From positions 124,001-188,000 of the forward strand of contig MU058815.1 of assembly GCA_013265495.1 (NCBI GenBank): 64,000 nt of DNA. The letters are read 5' to 3'. Positions within the stretch are counted from its first letter, which is position 1. Every line of letters starts with the position of its first letter. Shown one piece after another: positions 62,341 through 64,000 of this stretch. The position numbers were made by a program, and so were the translations under genes. Under the pieces are notes generated by a model. That model was given only the letters and a program-made list of their open reading frames with translations, made no database searches and was not told the origin of the DNA. Source of the DNA: Vicugna vicugna (Eukaryota).

Positions 62341-63864
62341 TTGCAAGGAGGCGCGAAAGCTGTTCCCAGTCCTAGTTGCAGAATCGTGAACACATCAGTG
62401 GTGGTTGATGTTTGAATCACTTAGGCAACTGGAAAATGACTTAGTGGGAGCAACCGTGCTGAGCTGGGCTGGGATGGCACCGACCTTACAAAGAGGGCTG
62501 GGAAGTTCGTGTAAGTATATGCACTCTACTGTATGCACGTTACACACATATATATGTTCTGTATATAATGTGAATATACAAACCCCCCACCCCACACACA
62601 CGAGTAGAAGGAAGTTCTCACGATTTGCTTTGTGGTTTCCTCCTCTGGGCTTTACTAGGCGGTCAGCTACCACTTCTTGCTGGTGTTGGAGTGCTCTTAT
62701 TATAAAAGGAGCCTTCAGGTCTTCAGAAGAGCTGGCCAGGGGGCAGGAGTGAGGGATCGGATGGGTGCGAGAAGAAAGCAGCCCTGCGGACAGTGGCTTC
62801 TGAAAACTGGAGAGACAAATCCGTAGTGTTAAGGAGCCCAGGGGAACGAGTAAGGAAGGGCCTTAAAAAGACTCGCTCAGACGTGAGCACCGTCAGGGAG
62901 CAGCAACAACGTATGACTGAGCCGTTAGATGCCTGCACCTTGGCTGTTTAACCTGACCATCCAGAAAAGAAAAGATCAGTTATGGAATTTATTTCAGGGA
63001 ACGTACAGTTAGGAATAGTCAACAGAAGGCTGAGGGATGAATTTGATTGACGTTCCCAGTAAATGCCTAGATATAATTTTGTACAGTTACAAGCCTGAGG
63101 GTTTTCTTTACCCTCGTAAATCTCTCTGGGACAGTTTTCATTAGAAGATGCTTACCAGTTTATTAGTCTAAATGATTATGCTTCGATGAAAAGCGTTGAC
63201 AAATGCCTTGTCCATTGACAGTCCTGTGGTGTCGAGAGGAAACATTTGGAATTCTCTGGATATTTCAACCCTCAATTACGATGGAAACATCAGCTACGGA
63301 AATTGTTATTCTCTGCGCCAAACATCCCATCGTCTCCAGGACTCAAGAGCTTAATTGTTTTATAAAGCAAAATTTGAGGTCCTGTCCTTTTTTCTCCACC
63401 GATATGCAAATAGTCCATTAGTAATGAGTAGATCAAAGTCTGGGTCACCAAGGAGCCAGCTGTGGTTTGGGTAACTAGGTTTCTGTGGTCATGGGGTTAA
63501 TCAACTCTTCTGAAACATGTTAACATCTCTTCGGCTGTAGACCCCACATTTGTCGTCTCCACACGGGAAGGGCACTTGTGGCTTGGAATCTTTCAATCTT
63601 AGTTTTTGCCCAAGTGGATGTGAAAGTGTAGACCCCATAAAACACTAGGAAAAGGGGTGTAGTGCTTGTTGCGTGCAAGACCCTGCCTTGGAGTCCAAAG
63701 CTCCTTTAGTACCTTACTGTCTAGTCCTTATTAACACCCGCTCTTGATTCCTGCCAGTGGTCCCCTTGAAATGATAAAAATCGTGCAATGCACCTACGTA
63801 CAACCACATTTCACAGATTAATGTGTCAAGTGTAGTTGTGCATCATCAGCTGGGTTTCCCCCAG

Positions 63865-64000
63865 TTTTTTTTAAAGCATTTCAAACTCACAGAAAAGTGG
63901 AAATAAGAGTGCAATGAATACCCATAATGCCTCCTTCCGGCTTCACCAGTTGTTAATATTTTGCCAAATTTGCTTTCTCTCTCTCTCTCTCCACACACAC
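63865..64000 (-). mobile_element. L1MC/MB-like 3' end fragment, running into a (CT)n(CA)n repeat
   Basis: 'tttcaaactcacagaaaagtggaaataagagtgcaatgaataccc..ttcaccagttgttaatattttgccaaatttgc'. Confidence 0.65.

Noticed and set aside
1..64000. CRISPR arrays, operons, prokaryotic defence systems or RNA genes
   Set aside because: The sequence is mammalian intronic/intergenic DNA. No repeat-spacer arrays, rRNA/snRNA matches or gene-dense ORF clusters were seen.

Overview
Mammalian non-coding genomic DNA, probably from a camelid: the tRNA-derived SINE and the repeated young L1 3'-end family look camelid-like, recognised by eye and not database-checked. No protein-coding exon can be supported. The listed ORFs are explained by GC-rich CpG-island sequence, N-gaps, simple repeats or L1 antisense frames. 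The left part has a CpG-island promoter (~6.85-8.95 kb, two assembly gaps) and a second island (~4.95-5.55 kb). They probably belong to an unidentified gene transcribed on the minus strand into the repeat-poor, A-rich 1-7 kb region (first intron). The remaining ~55 kb is upstream/intergenic DNA dense in nested transposable elements. Notable TE structures are: a two-LTR ancient MaLR (MLT1-like) provirus with nested insertions; four ERV1-type solo LTRs with readable 4-bp TSDs; a twin-primed 5'-inverted L1; an L1 that keeps its 5'UTR and ORF1 start but is fused to the ORF2 C-terminal part; and about ten young L1 3' tails, several truncated at the 3'UTR G-tract. I found no convincing new biological system. 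TE family names are by-eye assignments and many boundaries are approximate.
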